Source: Desulfobacterales bacterium
Lineage (GTDB): Bacteria; Desulfobacterota; Desulfobacteria; Desulfobacterales; UBA2174
Direction of reading: 5' to 3'
Length of the DNA: 64,000 nt
Assembly (NCBI GenBank): GCA_963668645.2
Contig: CAXXWC010000019.1
Span: 352,001 to 416,000, forward strand
Shown: positions 48,812 through 59,244 of the stretch, in pieces
How positions within the stretch are numbered: position 1 is the stretch's first letter
Layout: the number at the start of each line of letters is the position of its first letter
Position numbers and translations under genes: made by a program
Notes under the pieces: generated by a model
Databases searched by the model: none
Seen by the model: only the letters and a program-made list of their open reading frames with translations
Told to the model about the DNA's origin: nothing

Positions 48812-50101
48812 TTAATCGCGGGTCACGATCATCGCCATTCCCATGCCGCCGCCAATGCACATGGAGATCAGTCCGCCTCCCAGACCGTTGCGCTGCATAT
48901 GGTGCATGGCCGTGACCATCTGGCGCGCCCCGGTGCAGCCGATGGGATGGCCCAGGCTGATCCCCGAACCGAGCGGGTTGGGCCGGTCCACGGCGATGTT
49001 CAATTCGCGCATGCACCCAATGGCCTGGGCGGCAAAGGCTTCGTTGAGTTCGATCAGATCGATGTCGTCCAGGGTCATGCCCGCTTGAACCAGTGCCCGG
49101 CGCACCGCCGGCACCGGTCCGAGCCCCATATAGGCCGGATCGAGCCCCCCGGATGCAAAGGCGCGGATCTTGACCATCGGCTCCAGGCCCATCTCCTTGG
49201 CCTTGTCGGCGCTCATCATCAGCACCGAGGCCGCCGCGTCGTTGATTCCCGACGCGTTGCCGGCCGTCACGCTGCCATCCTTGCGAAAGGCCGGCCTGAG
49301 CCGCGCCATCTTTTCCAGGCTGGTGTCCATGGGCCGCTCATCGGTGTCCACCACCGTCTCGCCTTTGCGGGTCCGGATGACCACCGGAACGATCTCGGCG
49401 GCAAAGAGCCCCTCGGTAATGGCCCGGCGGGCGCGGGTGTGGCTCATCACCCCCAGTTCGTCCTGCTCCTGGCGGCTGATGCCGTAAAGGGTGGCGATGT
49501 TCTCGGCGGTCTGGCCCATGTGATAGCCGTAAAAAATCTCCCAGAGCCCGTCGAAAACCATCAGGTCGCGCACCTCGCCGCTGCCGGTCAACTCCATGCG
49601 GTGGCCCCAGCGGGCCTTGGGCAGGGCCATGGGGGTCTGGCTCATGTTTTCCTGGCCGCCGGCCATCACAACCTCGGCTTGGCCGGTCATGATGGCCTGG
49701 GCCCCCAGGGCGATGGCCTTGAGCCCCGAGCCGCAGACCTTGTTGATTGTAAAGGCCGGCGTTTCCTTGCTGATACCGGCCCGGATCATGGCCTGGCGGG
49801 CCGGGTTCTGCCCCTGACCGGCCTGCAGCACATTGCCCATGATCACCTCGTCGATGCTCACCGCAGCGGCATCGGCGTCATACCCGGCCGTGGCTTTTTC
49901 CAGGTCGATGGCCCCTTGGTCCTTGAGAGCGTCGGGGGCGTTATCGGCCATCGAGGCACTGCGCAGCGGCCGCAGTCCGGCCCGCTCGAGGGTTGCTTTC
50001 ATCACCGTGGCGCCCAGATCGATGGCGCTGACATCCTTGAGAACTCCGCCGAAGGCACCGATGGCCGTCCGAGCGCCGCTGACGATGACCACTTCACGCA
50101 T
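48812..50101 (-). CDS. Acetyl-CoA C-acetyltransferase (thiolase)
   Basis: NKVCGSG, NASGIND, NEAFA, GHPIG, CIGGG. Confidence 0.96.
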   Translation of the reverse strand: MREVVIVSGARTAIGAFGGVLKDVSAIDLGATVMKATLERAGLRPLRSASMADNAPDALKDQGAIDLEKATAGYDADAAAVSIDEVIMGNVLQAGQGQNPARQAMIRAGISKETPAFTINKVCGSGLKAIALGAQAIMTGQAEVVMAGGQENMSQTPMALPKARWGHRMELTGSGEVRDLMVFDGLWEIFYGYHMGQTAENIATLYGISRQEQDELGVMSHTRARRAITEGLFAAEIVPVVIRTRKGETVVDTDERPMDTSLEKMARLRPAFRKDGSVTAGNASGINDAAASVLMMSADKAKEMGLEPMVKIRAFASGGLDPAYMGLGPVPAVRRALVQAGMTLDDIDLIELNEAFAAQAIGCMRELNIAVDRPNPLGSGISLGHPIGCTGARQMVTAMHHMQRNGLGGGLISMCIGGGMGMAMIVTRD

Positions 50102-50323
50102 GGTAATCCCCTCCTGGTGTTGGATTGCTGCCTGTTCGTTGTTTTACTCAGCCAAAGGTCGCAATGAAGGCCGCCTTTTTGCAAGACGGCCGTTGGAATC
50201 GGGTTCGATGTTCCTATCATGACCCGCGGCAGGGGTCAACGCGGCTGCGAACTGCACCGTAATTCCCGGAAAAAACCGAGACTGAATTTATTCTGCGGCA
50301 GTTCGCGTGAGCCCGCTGCTTAT

Positions 50324-50746
50324 TCACCCGTCAGCGGATACCGCACCGCGCTGGGCCTTGAGACGGCTGCGGCGCTTCTTGGCGGCCAACCGGCGCTCCC
50401 GGGCCGCCGTGCCGGGACGGGTGCGGCGGCGTGTCTTGGGCGCCTCGGCCGCCTGCCGGATCAGGTCCGTCAGACGCAGGATGGCGTCCTGGCGGTTTTG
50501 TTCCTGACTGCGAAAGCGCCGGGCGTCGATGACGATCTCGCCTTCGGCCGTCAGGCGGCGACCGGCCAGACGCAGCAGGCGCCGGCGCACGTCTTCGGGC
50601 AGGGACGGGCAGCGCGCCGCATCGAAGCGCAACTGGACCGCCGTGGCGACCTTGTTGACGTTCTGGCCGCCCGGGCCCGAAGCGCGCACGAAGGCAAAAC
50701 GCAGCTCGCCGTCATCGATGGCGATGGTGTCGGTAATGGAAATCAT
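50324..50746 (-). CDS. arfB: Alternative ribosome rescue peptidyl-tRNA hydrolase
   Basis: RASGPGGQNVNKVAT, RSQEQNR, basic C-terminal tail. Confidence 0.94.
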   Translation of the reverse strand: MISITDTIAIDDGELRFAFVRASGPGGQNVNKVATAVQLRFDAARCPSLPEDVRRRLLRLAGRRLTAEGEIVIDARRFRSQEQNRQDAILRLTDLIRQAAEAPKTRRRTRPGTAARERRLAAKKRRSRLKAQRGAVSADG

Positions 50747-50980
50747 CAGATTCCGTTTCTGTCTCCTGTGAGACAAAATTGTGGCTTTTCAAGCCTGCCG
50801 GCCATCTTTCAAAACGCAAAGCCCATGTTTGACTTTGGCCTGTTCTTCGGGTAGGAGAACTCCCCTTGCGTCTTTAAGCAAGGCCGGAAATTATTTTGGC
50901 ACCGAAATTGCTTTATGTTTTGAGCAGAATGTGAAGGGCGGGCGTCCAGCCCGCCCAAGCGAAAAGCGAAAGGCTGAACC

Positions 50981-51421
50981 ATGCCAAACGACAATTCACG
51001 CCGCTGGGCCGGGATCTTCTTCTTTGCCAGCGCAATGATCTTCGGGCTTTTCATGTACCAGGTCGCCCGCAACGATCCTGCGGTCCAGGCCGCCCCGGCG
51101 GACCGGACCGAAACCGTTGCCGCCGCCCCCAAAGAGACGCTGACCGCCCACCCCCCCGGAGAAAAAATCTCCATGCAGGTCGATCAGGCGGTGATCATCG
51201 GCCGCTCCAAAATCGTCTACCGGGGGTTGAGCCAGGGCCGGGTGCACTTCGACCATTACCTGCTGGACGACAACCCCCATTACGCCTTTGCCTACGCAGT
51301 ACCTGAGGATAAAGCCCGAAACGGGTTCAAGATCGGCACGCACGCCCTGAAAGTCACCTATGCCGGTGGCAAATGGGTCCATTTCAAGCGCCTGGCAAAG
51401 CTGCCGGACACCAAAGGCTGA
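50981..51421 (+). CDS. Hypothetical membrane-anchored protein
   Basis: N-terminal TM helix, Pro/Ala linker, beta-rich domain. Confidence 0.6.
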   Translation: MPNDNSRRWAGIFFFASAMIFGLFMYQVARNDPAVQAAPADRTETVAAAPKETLTAHPPGEKISMQVDQAVIIGRSKIVYRGLSQGRVHFDHYLLDDNPHYAFAYAVPEDKARNGFKIGTHALKVTYAGGKWVHFKRLAKLPDTKG

Positions 51422-51495
51422 ATGGCCCCGAACGTCGTTTCGCTTTCCAGACTGTAAAGATCGCTGCAGCCGGGACTCGGCCGCAGCGATCTTTC

Positions 51496-51786
51496 TTACC
51501 GGCTCGGCGGCATCCGGTTTCCCAGCACGAGCCGTTTCAGTCCTCGGCAGATCCAGCCCGCCGGCACTGCGCTGGCAGCCCACCCGATGGCGCAAAGCAT
51601 AACATAAAGCATCCCCCGCACCAGCGCGGTCATGTCCGGCCGGAATATTTGCGGCGCCAGCCAGAGGGCCGCCCCGACGCCGATGAGCAGGCGCCAGAAG
51701 TCGGGTGAAAAAATCAGGTAAAAGAAATAATAACCGACCGTATGCCGGGCGCCCGGCCGACCGCCGTGGTGGTGGCTATCGTTCAT
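51496..51786 (-). CDS. Small hypothetical membrane protein
   Basis: Start overlaps the end of the upstream gene; hydrophobic segments. Confidence 0.55.
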   Translation of the reverse strand: MNDSHHHGGRPGARHTVGYYFFYLIFSPDFWRLLIGVGAALWLAPQIFRPDMTALVRGMLYVMLCAIGWAASAVPAGWICRGLKRLVLGNRMPPSR

Positions 51787-52270
51787 AGCCATCCAGAATT
51801 TCGCCAAAATAGAGGGTGTGGTAGTCCTTCTGGGGATAGAGATCGGCCAGTTCGTTGGCCGCTAGGGCCGGATCCATGGGCACCTTGTGGATGATACGGC
51901 AGACGAAATGGATCCCGGCCGTGTCGATGACCGGCGAGACGGTCTTGCCCGTCTCGACTGTCTTCAGATCGCAGGCCGCCAGCTTGTCCCCGTCGCGTCC
52001 CGAATGGCTGCCGCAGTAAGCCAGGGCCCTTTGCATCGCGGGGTCCGGCACCGAGACAGTGAAATCGGCCGCCTGCTCCATGATCCCGTAGGTGTGGCGC
52101 GAATCGCGCACCGCCACCATCAGAACCGGCCGTTTCCAGCAAAAACCGAAAGTCGCCCAGCCGATGGTCATGGTATTGATGGCCTCACCGGCCCGCACGG
52201 TGAGAAAGGCCCCCTTCTTTAGCTGGGGCATAGCGCGCTGCGCCAGGGCCATGGTATCGGTTTCGTTCAT
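51776..52270 (-). CDS. Flavin reductase-like (flavoredoxin family) protein
   Basis: NTMTIGW, VRDSRHT, CGSHSGRDGDK, YHTLYFGEI; GGAGG RBS. Confidence 0.88.
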   Translation of the reverse strand: MNETDTMALAQRAMPQLKKGAFLTVRAGEAINTMTIGWATFGFCWKRPVLMVAVRDSRHTYGIMEQAADFTVSVPDPAMQRALAYCGSHSGRDGDKLAACDLKTVETGKTVSPVIDTAGIHFVCRIIHKVPMDPALAANELADLYPQKDYHTLYFGEILDGYER

Positions 52271-52467
52271 TGGAAAAGATCCTCCGTATTTGGGGGTGTG
52301 GTGGTGGATGCAACTCGCATCGATGTCCGTTTTAGCGATCTGCCGCCGCATGGTCAAGACGGCAGTCGGCATCGGCCGATACCCTTCGTCGGCAGCCGGG
52401 AATCTCCAGGATCAAATCCCTGCCCCGCGATAGCCACGAAAAAAACCGCCGCAGCCGGCGGCAGCGC

Positions 52468-54861
52468 TCAACCGTCACCCTGGGAAGGTTTTTGGCTGTC
52501 GCTGCGACCGGCCACCGCCGCCAAGTTCTGCACCACCCGGTGGTAGATAGTGCCGGGCGGGTACGCCCCCTGCCCGTCGGCCTTTCCGGCCGGCATCCCG
52601 GTAAGAATCTCGATCCCCGCTTCCACCGTTTCCACCGCCCAGATATGAAAGCGCTTTTCGGCCACCGCCGCCATCACATCATCGTTGAGCATCAGGTTGG
52701 GTTGATTGGCCCGGGGGATGATCACCCCCTGGCTGCCGCTCAAGCCCCTGGAACGGCAAACCTCGAAATAGCCTTCGATCTTTTCATTGACCCCGCCGAT
52801 GGCCTGGATCTGGCCTTTCTGGTTGACGGACCCGGTGGCCGCGATCCCCTGGCGGATCGGCACCTCGGCCAGGCTGGAGAGCACGGCGTAAAGTTCTGTG
52901 GAAGAGGCGCTGTCCCCGTCGACCCCGGCGTAGCTCTGCTCGAAGGTGATACTGATGGACAGGTTCAGCGGGCGCCGGCGGGCAAAGGTCCGCCCGAGCC
53001 AGCCGGCGATGATCAGCACCCCCTTGTCGTGGCTGCTGCCCGAGAGGTTGGCCTCGCGTTCCACATTGAGCACCCCGGCCTTGCCGGCATAGACTTCGGC
53101 GGTGATCCGGGTCGGCCGGCCGAAGGAAAGTTCGCCGAGCTGGTAGACCGCCAGGGCGTTGACCTGCCCCACCACCTCACCTTGCACGTCGATGAGGATG
53201 GTCCCGTCCAGGTATGCTTCGTGGATCTTCTCCTCGCTCAGGTTGTGGCGAAAGCGCTGCTTGGCGATGGACTTGCGCACATGGACCGCATCCACGGTCC
53301 TGGCCCGGTCCTGGCGGGCCCAGTAGTCGGCCTCCTTGAGCAGCCCCACGATGGGACCGAAGCGCAGCGAGAGTTTGCGCTGGTCTGCGGTGAGTACCTG
53401 CCCGTATTCGACCACCGCGGCCACGGCGGCGGCGGTAAATGGCTGCAGATCGGACTCCCGGCAGACCCGGGCCACGAAGCGGGCGTACTGGCGCACGCGG
53501 GCGGCGCTACGGGCTACCTCGTAATCGAAATCGGCCCTTACCCGGAACAGCTTGTTGAATTTGGCATCGTAATTTTGCAGCAGGGTAAACGGCTCCCAGC
53601 CCCCCAGGAGGATCACCTTGACATCCAGCTCGATGGGGCCCGGCCTCAGGGCCGAGGGGCCGCCGCCTGCCGCCGCCACATCCTCGATGGCCAAGGTGCG
53701 GTTGGCCAGGGCCCGCTTGAGGGCCTCCCAGACCAGGTCCACCGTCAGCACCGATTCCACCTCGAGAATCAGATACCCGCCGTTGGCCTGAACCAGGGCT
53801 CCGGCCTGGACCAGGGTGTGATCGGTGGAGACCGTCCCTTCGGCCGTGCGCCGCTCGATGCGCCCGAAGATGTTGGCATAGGTGGGATTCGGCTCGAAAA
53901 TCACCGGTGCGCCTTCGCTGCCGCGCCGGTCGGCCAGCACGTTGACCCGGTAGCGCCGCAGGAAATCTTCGTCTTCGATCTGCGCGTCCGGGGCCTCCTC
54001 GGAGCCGAGTTCCTCTAAAAAACCCTCCAGGTGCCGGCCGATATCGGCGGCCGCAGCATCCAAAAAGTCGCCCACCGCGCCGTTCTTGGCGTAGGCCTCG
54101 CGCAGTGGGGCCAGGGACTCGCTCACCAGTCGTTCCACCGTGCTGCGGCGCATCCGCTCCAGGTCCCCGGCCATTTCAGCACCGGCCTGGCTGGCGCCGC
54201 GGTCCGCCTGGGCGATGGCCTTGCGGATCTTTTGCAGGCTGTTCTGGATGCGATCCTTTTCCGCCTTGGGCAGGGCCTGGAAATGCTGCCGGTCGATGGG
54301 CTGGCCATCCACCAGCACGATGGGGATCAAGCCCTCGGAGGTCCGGTTGACGCCCAGCCCGAGTCCGGCGGCCTTGGCTTCGATGGCCTCCATGAGCCGT
54401 TCGGCTTTTTGCTGGAACTCCTTTTCGATGGCGGCCCGGCGCTGCTGGTAGCCCTTACCCGCCAGGGCCCGCGGCAGACGCTGGCGCAGGTCGTTGATGA
54501 AGCACTCCATGGCCTCGGCCAGGGCCGTGCCGCCGCCGGCCTCCAGGCGAAGCACCCGGGGGCGATACGGATCGGCGAAGTTGTGCACCAGGCACCAGTC
54601 GTCCGCCGCCGGCCGGCGGCCGGCATGTTGCGTCACCAATTCGCGCACGATGGTCGTCTTGCCGGTGCCTTCCAGGCCGGTGACGAAAATATGATACCCC
54701 GGGCCGGCCACGTTCAGCCCGAAGGCGATGGCTTCCACGGCCCGCTGCTGGCCGATAACCGCGCTAAGGGGGGAGATGTCCTCGGTGGTGGCGAATTTGA
54801 ACCCCTTGGGATCGCAGGTCCGGCGCAGTTGTTCGGGTCTCAGGGAACCAACGGGTTTCAT
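52468..54861 (-). CDS. Lon-like ATP-dependent protease (LonB/LonC type)
   Basis: IGQQRA, GLEGTGKT, ANGGYL, VDGDSAS (catalytic Ser), GGVNEKIEG (catalytic Lys). Confidence 0.93.
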   Translation of the reverse strand: MKPVGSLRPEQLRRTCDPKGFKFATTEDISPLSAVIGQQRAVEAIAFGLNVAGPGYHIFVTGLEGTGKTTIVRELVTQHAGRRPAADDWCLVHNFADPYRPRVLRLEAGGGTALAEAMECFINDLRQRLPRALAGKGYQQRRAAIEKEFQQKAERLMEAIEAKAAGLGLGVNRTSEGLIPIVLVDGQPIDRQHFQALPKAEKDRIQNSLQKIRKAIAQADRGASQAGAEMAGDLERMRRSTVERLVSESLAPLREAYAKNGAVGDFLDAAAADIGRHLEGFLEELGSEEAPDAQIEDEDFLRRYRVNVLADRRGSEGAPVIFEPNPTYANIFGRIERRTAEGTVSTDHTLVQAGALVQANGGYLILEVESVLTVDLVWEALKRALANRTLAIEDVAAAGGGPSALRPGPIELDVKVILLGGWEPFTLLQNYDAKFNKLFRVRADFDYEVARSAARVRQYARFVARVCRESDLQPFTAAAVAAVVEYGQVLTADQRKLSLRFGPIVGLLKEADYWARQDRARTVDAVHVRKSIAKQRFRHNLSEEKIHEAYLDGTILIDVQGEVVGQVNALAVYQLGELSFGRPTRITAEVYAGKAGVLNVEREANLSGSSHDKGVLIIAGWLGRTFARRRPLNLSISITFEQSYAGVDGDSASSTELYAVLSSLAEVPIRQGIAATGSVNQKGQIQAIGGVNEKIEGYFEVCRSRGLSGSQGVIIPRANQPNLMLNDDVMAAVAEKRFHIWAVETVEAGIEILTGMPAGKADGQGAYPPGTIYHRVVQNLAAVAGRSDSQKPSQGDG

Positions 54862-54968
54862 GGCGATCTCCTCCTGCCGGCTGCGGCCGGCGTCCGGCTG
54901 CGCCGCCTGCAACGGACAAGCGTTCGGGGTACGGGGTCGTCCGGGCCAGCCAAACCGGTGGCCGGGCT

Positions 54969-55313
54969 TCAGGCCGGAGGTTCAGCTGGAGGTTCAGGCG
55001 CCTGGGTTTCGGCCGCGACCCAGTCGAGAAACGGCTGGTGCCCCCCGGTGACCGGCATGCTGACGATACACGGCACCGCGTAGCTGTGCTGCTGGCGTAC
55101 CGCCTCGATGAGCTCGGGAAGCCGGCTGCCGGTGGTTTTGACGATCACCGCCACCTCCCGGTCGTCCTGCAACCGGCCCTCCCACATATAAAAAGAATTC
55201 ATGTTCTCGAAGATGTTGGCGCAGGCCGCCAGGCGCGCTTCGACCAGGCCGCGGGCCACGCGGCGCGCTTCATCCAGATCACCAAAGGTCATGTAGACGA
55301 GTTGGACGTTCAT
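54969..55313 (-). CDS. cutA: Divalent-cation tolerance protein CutA
   Basis: LAACAN, Y.WEG, KT, HSYAVPCI. Confidence 0.93.
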   Translation of the reverse strand: MNVQLVYMTFGDLDEARRVARGLVEARLAACANIFENMNSFYMWEGRLQDDREVAVIVKTTGSRLPELIEAVRQQHSYAVPCIVSMPVTGGHQPFLDWVAAETQAPEPPAEPPA

Positions 55314-55602
55314 GGCAATCCCTCCCCTGTTCGGTTTCCAGGCCCCTTTGGGATCGCTTCTAACAGCTCGGCGGCGCCCTGTCCACATGGCAGAACCATG
55401 ATCGGCAGATCCCGGTGGTCCCGAGATCTGCCGATTTCACCTGGAAAACAGGGACGCAAGCGTTGGACTTTGAATTCGGCAGGATGAAGGAATCTGAATC
55501 ACCTGACCAATACGGCAGAACAATCCTGGCGCATCTTCCCGGCGGATAGGGCCTGCTGCCCGGGCAAATTGCGAATGCCGCCACCGGTTTTGATGGCCCT
55601 CT

Positions 55603-58600
55603 TTACGATTTTTCCGTTTTCGCCGGGCACGCATCGACGTAACGGCGCAGCCGGCTTTCAAGGTCCCCTTCCCAGTCCCCGCGGTAAACGATGCGCGTGG
55701 CGATCTCGCAGGCCAGGATGGCGGCCCGGATCTTGGGCGGCATGCCCTGGATACGCACCCGCAATTGCGGGCAACGGCCGACGAGCGCCGGCAGGTGGCT
55801 GAGGATCACCCGTGAGAAGCCGGGTTCGGCGGCCAATTCGGGCCTGGCCTGGAAGAATTCGAACAACCGCGCATACCAGGCGTTGATTTCCTGGCTGATG
55901 GCAACGCTGATTTCCGTATAGCGCTGCTTTCCGGCGGCCTGACGGTGGCGTTCGAAAATCAAGCGGGCCTCATCGCTGGCACGGCGCTGCAAGATGTCGA
56001 TGACATCGGCCACATAGGCTTCCTTGTGGGCGATGAACTCGTCTTGGCGCATCAGCAGGTTGGCGATGATTTCGTAGGACGAGCAGATCACGCCGCACTT
56101 GTTGGCCGTGGCATCCCGCAGCAGGATGACCCCGCGATCCTCAATTTCCCGGCGCGCTTCAGGCGAAATGAAGGAGTTGGCCCCCTCCACAATGGCCCGG
56201 GCGCCGGGGCGGCCCTCGGCATCGAAAAAGCGCGTCCAGTTGGTGGCGTCGATCGTCTCCGGGCGCCCGCCGCAGGGCAGGAAGAGATCCGCGTCCACCT
56301 CGAAGGTCAACCGGTTCAACTCACGGTGGAATTCGTCGGCGGTGATCCAGCAGTCGACGGTCCCCTGCTCGGTGCGCATTACCTTGCGGTAAAGCTGGCG
56401 CATGGCTTCGCGCCGCTGCTGGCTGCGATAAACGATGGTGCCGCCCGGATGCAGCCGCCGGGGATCGAAATGATCCAGATCGGCCCGCAGGGCGATCCTT
56501 TCCAACTCCTGGTGGTCGGCCCCCTGGGGGTCGAAAAGGCCGCCGCTGCCGTCCACCAGGGCCACCAGCCGGAACTGGGGGCAGTGTTCCAGCATGAGGC
56601 GTATCGAGTTGCCGGCCACGTCGCCGAAAGGACCGCCGGTCATGCGGACCTTGAACGCGTCGCGGCGCATGTCGATGCCCAACTGGGCCAGGGTGATTTC
56701 AGCGGCCTGGATCACGCCCCGGCTGGTAACCCCGTAGGCCTTGTGATTGATGCCGACGCGTTTGCTCGACATGATGCCGATCCCGAGCACGTAGCCGCGT
56801 TTGTCCGCAGTGCGGGCGATGGTCTCGATCATCGTGTCGTGCATGTTTTCGTCCGGCCCCAGCTCGATCGGCTCTTGCTGGCGATAGTAGTCGACCACCG
56901 CCGGGTGGCGCGCCACTCCGGCCTCGGTCACGAAGATATCCAGAAAAGCGTTGATAAAGGCAAATTGGAGCTTGTAGAGCCGGTGGGCGACCGCCTCGGA
57001 TCCGGCCAGATCACGCACATCGCAGATGGCGGTCATCTTGCTGCCGCCTTCGTAGATATCTTTGTTTTTCAGGTGCTGGGTGTGGGCCAGGACAAAGACT
57101 TCGCGAAACAGGGTATTGCGGCAGCTCAGGTACTCGTCCGGCGTGCGGCAGATCAGGGTGCGCCAGCCGCCCCGGGCGATATCCGAAAAGCCGATATGGT
57201 AACCGACGCCGTAGCGGCCGAAGAAAAAGGTGATGCGAAAAGGCGTGGCCTCGGGCAGATCATCCCTCAGGTCCGGCCCCAGTGTCTGGAGGTAGGCCGG
57301 GTCGAAACGAAAGGCCAGGGCCCGTTTTTCAGCGACGAAAAAGTTGGTCTTGAGGCAATGGCGCACCATGGCCAGGGCCGTCTGGAAGACGACGCGCCGG
57401 ATCTCGTCCAGATAGCGCTGGCCGGTATTGAAGTTCTCGACCGCGGCCGCAGCCCGTTCCAAGTCCTTTTCATACGAGGGCGTGTCGGCTGCCAGGAGCG
57501 GATCGAAACGGGACCGGAACAGGGCGATGATCATCAAGAGCATCTCGGGATGTGCTTCGAAGGCGTATTTGACCGTGTCCAGGTCGAAACGGTCCGGCTG
57601 GCTGTGGCTCAGGTTGGTATGGCAAAAAGAGATGATCGCTTCGGCCAGCGAGGCGTCTTCACCGGTCATCAGGCCCGTGGTCAGGAAACGCCGGTAGGCG
57701 AAACTGTCAATTGCCAGAATCTGGGTATTGTAAAGCTCCGCGCGCAGCCGGTCATAGACCGGCGCCGGGTTCTCTCCCAGGCTGACGTCCTGGGGACGGA
57801 TGTAGAAAGTGCCAATGAAATGAGGTCCTTGTTCCAGATTCAGGATCTGGCTGTAGGCGCGGCGCACCCCGATCGCCAGGCGGTGGAAAACCTCCATCAA
57901 CTGGAGCAGAAAATGGCGCCGGGGCGGCTGGGCCAGGCCGAAGACGACCCGCGTCTCGCCATGGACCGTGGACTGGACCTCGAAAAAAAAACCGCCGTCG
58001 AGGTGGGTCCGGCGATAGACCCACAGCATACGGGCGATGCGGTCGCTGGGCGAGATGCGCACGGTGGATGAATGTCGCTGCCACAATTCGGCCAGCGAAC
58101 CCGGCAGGGCATCGGGAGGGTAGTCCGGGTAGTCGCGGGCCACGGCCTTTCGGCATGCTTCGAGGATGCTGGCGGGCAAAGGCGGGGCCGAGCTATCCAC
58201 CGCGTCCGCCGCACCGGTCCGGGATTCGAAATCGAAGCGCAGCACTTCCAGCGGAATGGCCGTTGCGGGCAGGGGCGCATTGGAATGGATGATCTCGCTG
58301 TAGGCGATTTCCCGCTGGGAAAAGGCCTCCAGGGTTTCGTACAGGGACCCGGCCCGGTCGCAGCGGGCCAAGATCAGCTTGTCGGCCTGGTCGGCAAGCA
58401 CCAGGGCATTGTGGTCCTTGACGGTGTTCAGGTGGAGCGCCAACTTGACCAGGGCCTCGGTTTCATTGCCCATGGTGATGAAAAAATACGGCGGCATGTG
58501 CCGGGAAAGCCAGTCCAGGTTGGCGGCAACATCGCCCAGCCTGGATTTGAGCTGTTCTTCAAGACTGCGGAAAGCGGATGCTTTGTGGCCGCCGTCAAGC

Positions 58601-58641
58601 AGGGCGTCGGCCGGAATGAAATCGCAAATCGGGTTCAACAT
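55603..58641 (-). CDS. NAD-specific glutamate dehydrogenase, large type
   Basis: DIARGGWR, QHLKNKDIYEGGSK, LGPDENM, GINHKAYGVTS, GGPFGDVAG, EGAN, NKCGVICSSYE. Confidence 0.9.
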   Translation of the reverse strand: MLNPICDFIPADALLDGGHKASAFRSLEEQLKSRLGDVAANLDWLSRHMPPYFFITMGNETEALVKLALHLNTVKDHNALVLADQADKLILARCDRAGSLYETLEAFSQREIAYSEIIHSNAPLPATAIPLEVLRFDFESRTGAADAVDSSAPPLPASILEACRKAVARDYPDYPPDALPGSLAELWQRHSSTVRISPSDRIARMLWVYRRTHLDGGFFFEVQSTVHGETRVVFGLAQPPRRHFLLQLMEVFHRLAIGVRRAYSQILNLEQGPHFIGTFYIRPQDVSLGENPAPVYDRLRAELYNTQILAIDSFAYRRFLTTGLMTGEDASLAEAIISFCHTNLSHSQPDRFDLDTVKYAFEAHPEMLLMIIALFRSRFDPLLAADTPSYEKDLERAAAAVENFNTGQRYLDEIRRVVFQTALAMVRHCLKTNFFVAEKRALAFRFDPAYLQTLGPDLRDDLPEATPFRITFFFGRYGVGYHIGFSDIARGGWRTLICRTPDEYLSCRNTLFREVFVLAHTQHLKNKDIYEGGSKMTAICDVRDLAGSEAVAHRLYKLQFAFINAFLDIFVTEAGVARHPAVVDYYRQQEPIELGPDENMHDTMIETIARTADKRGYVLGIGIMSSKRVGINHKAYGVTSRGVIQAAEITLAQLGIDMRRDAFKVRMTGGPFGDVAGNSIRLMLEHCPQFRLVALVDGSGGLFDPQGADHQELERIALRADLDHFDPRRLHPGGTIVYRSQQRREAMRQLYRKVMRTEQGTVDCWITADEFHRELNRLTFEVDADLFLPCGGRPETIDATNWTRFFDAEGRPGARAIVEGANSFISPEARREIEDRGVILLRDATANKCGVICSSYEIIANLLMRQDEFIAHKEAYVADVIDILQRRASDEARLIFERHRQAAGKQRYTEISVAISQEINAWYARLFEFFQARPELAAEPGFSRVILSHLPALVGRCPQLRVRIQGMPPKIRAAILACEIATRIVYRGDWEGDLESRLRRYVDACPAKTEKS

Positions 58642-58653
58642 GCAATGCCTCCT

Positions 58654-58962
58654 TCAGGCGAACTCTTCACAGTGCCAGACACCGCCCAGGGGCTTGCTGA
58701 ATGCGCACCGGTGGTAATTTTCGCAGGTCTTGCACAAACCGAGCACCGGCGACGGGTCACAGTCGGCGCAGTCAGGCTCCCATTGCGGCCGCATCGGCGG
58801 CGGTTGGGCGCTGGGACTTTCGGGCAGGAAAAACTCTTCGCAGTAAAAAACCGGTGAAACCGGCCCGCAATGCAGGCCGCAGGATGGACCGTCGAGACAA
58901 GTGGAACAGAGGGTGCCGCAGGGCTGCGAAACCGGCGCCTGCTTTTGGGAAAATGCTTTCAT
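58654..58962 (-). CDS. Small Cys-rich protein with duplicated CxxC-x5-C...CEEF module
   Basis: AGGAG RBS; LCSTCLDGPSC...FYCEEF and LCKTCENYHRC...WHCEEF; ends 12 nt before the GDH start. Confidence 0.75.
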   Translation of the reverse strand: MKAFSQKQAPVSQPCGTLCSTCLDGPSCGLHCGPVSPVFYCEEFFLPESPSAQPPPMRPQWEPDCADCDPSPVLGLCKTCENYHRCAFSKPLGGVWHCEEFA

Positions 58963-59066
58963 CGAATTCTCCTGGTACGGAATCGGGTTGACCCGCCTTA
59001 TGGTCGCTGGAAAAAGTGCGGGTTGCCGGCCGGTTCGCCACCGGCCGATCTTTGCATCGATGCCAT

Positions 59067-59082
59067 AGCAGCCTGCATGCCA
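59067..59082 (-). promoter_or_regulatory. Sigma54 (-24/-12) promoter
   Basis: Minus strand TGGCATGCAGGCTGCT (GG-N10-GC); AT-rich tract and two palindromes upstream. Confidence 0.7.
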
Positions 59083-59157
59083 GGAGCCTAAAATTCGATT
59101 TGTCATTAAATTACGGAATGATAAAAACAGGGCAAGGGAATCCGAATCACCCGCAAA

Positions 59158-59192
59158 GTGGTTCAAATGGGACCACCGGTCAGAAAGTGACC
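59158..59192. promoter_or_regulatory. Tandem palindromes, candidate enhancer (UAS) for the adjacent sigma54 activator
   Basis: GTGGT-N9-ACCAC and GGTCA-N5-TGACC, about 75-110 nt upstream of the -24 box. Confidence 0.5.
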
Positions 59193-59244
59193 GGATCAAA
59201 ACCTCCGGCCTGGTGCATGGGTCCGCCGGCGCCGGCGGGGGGGA

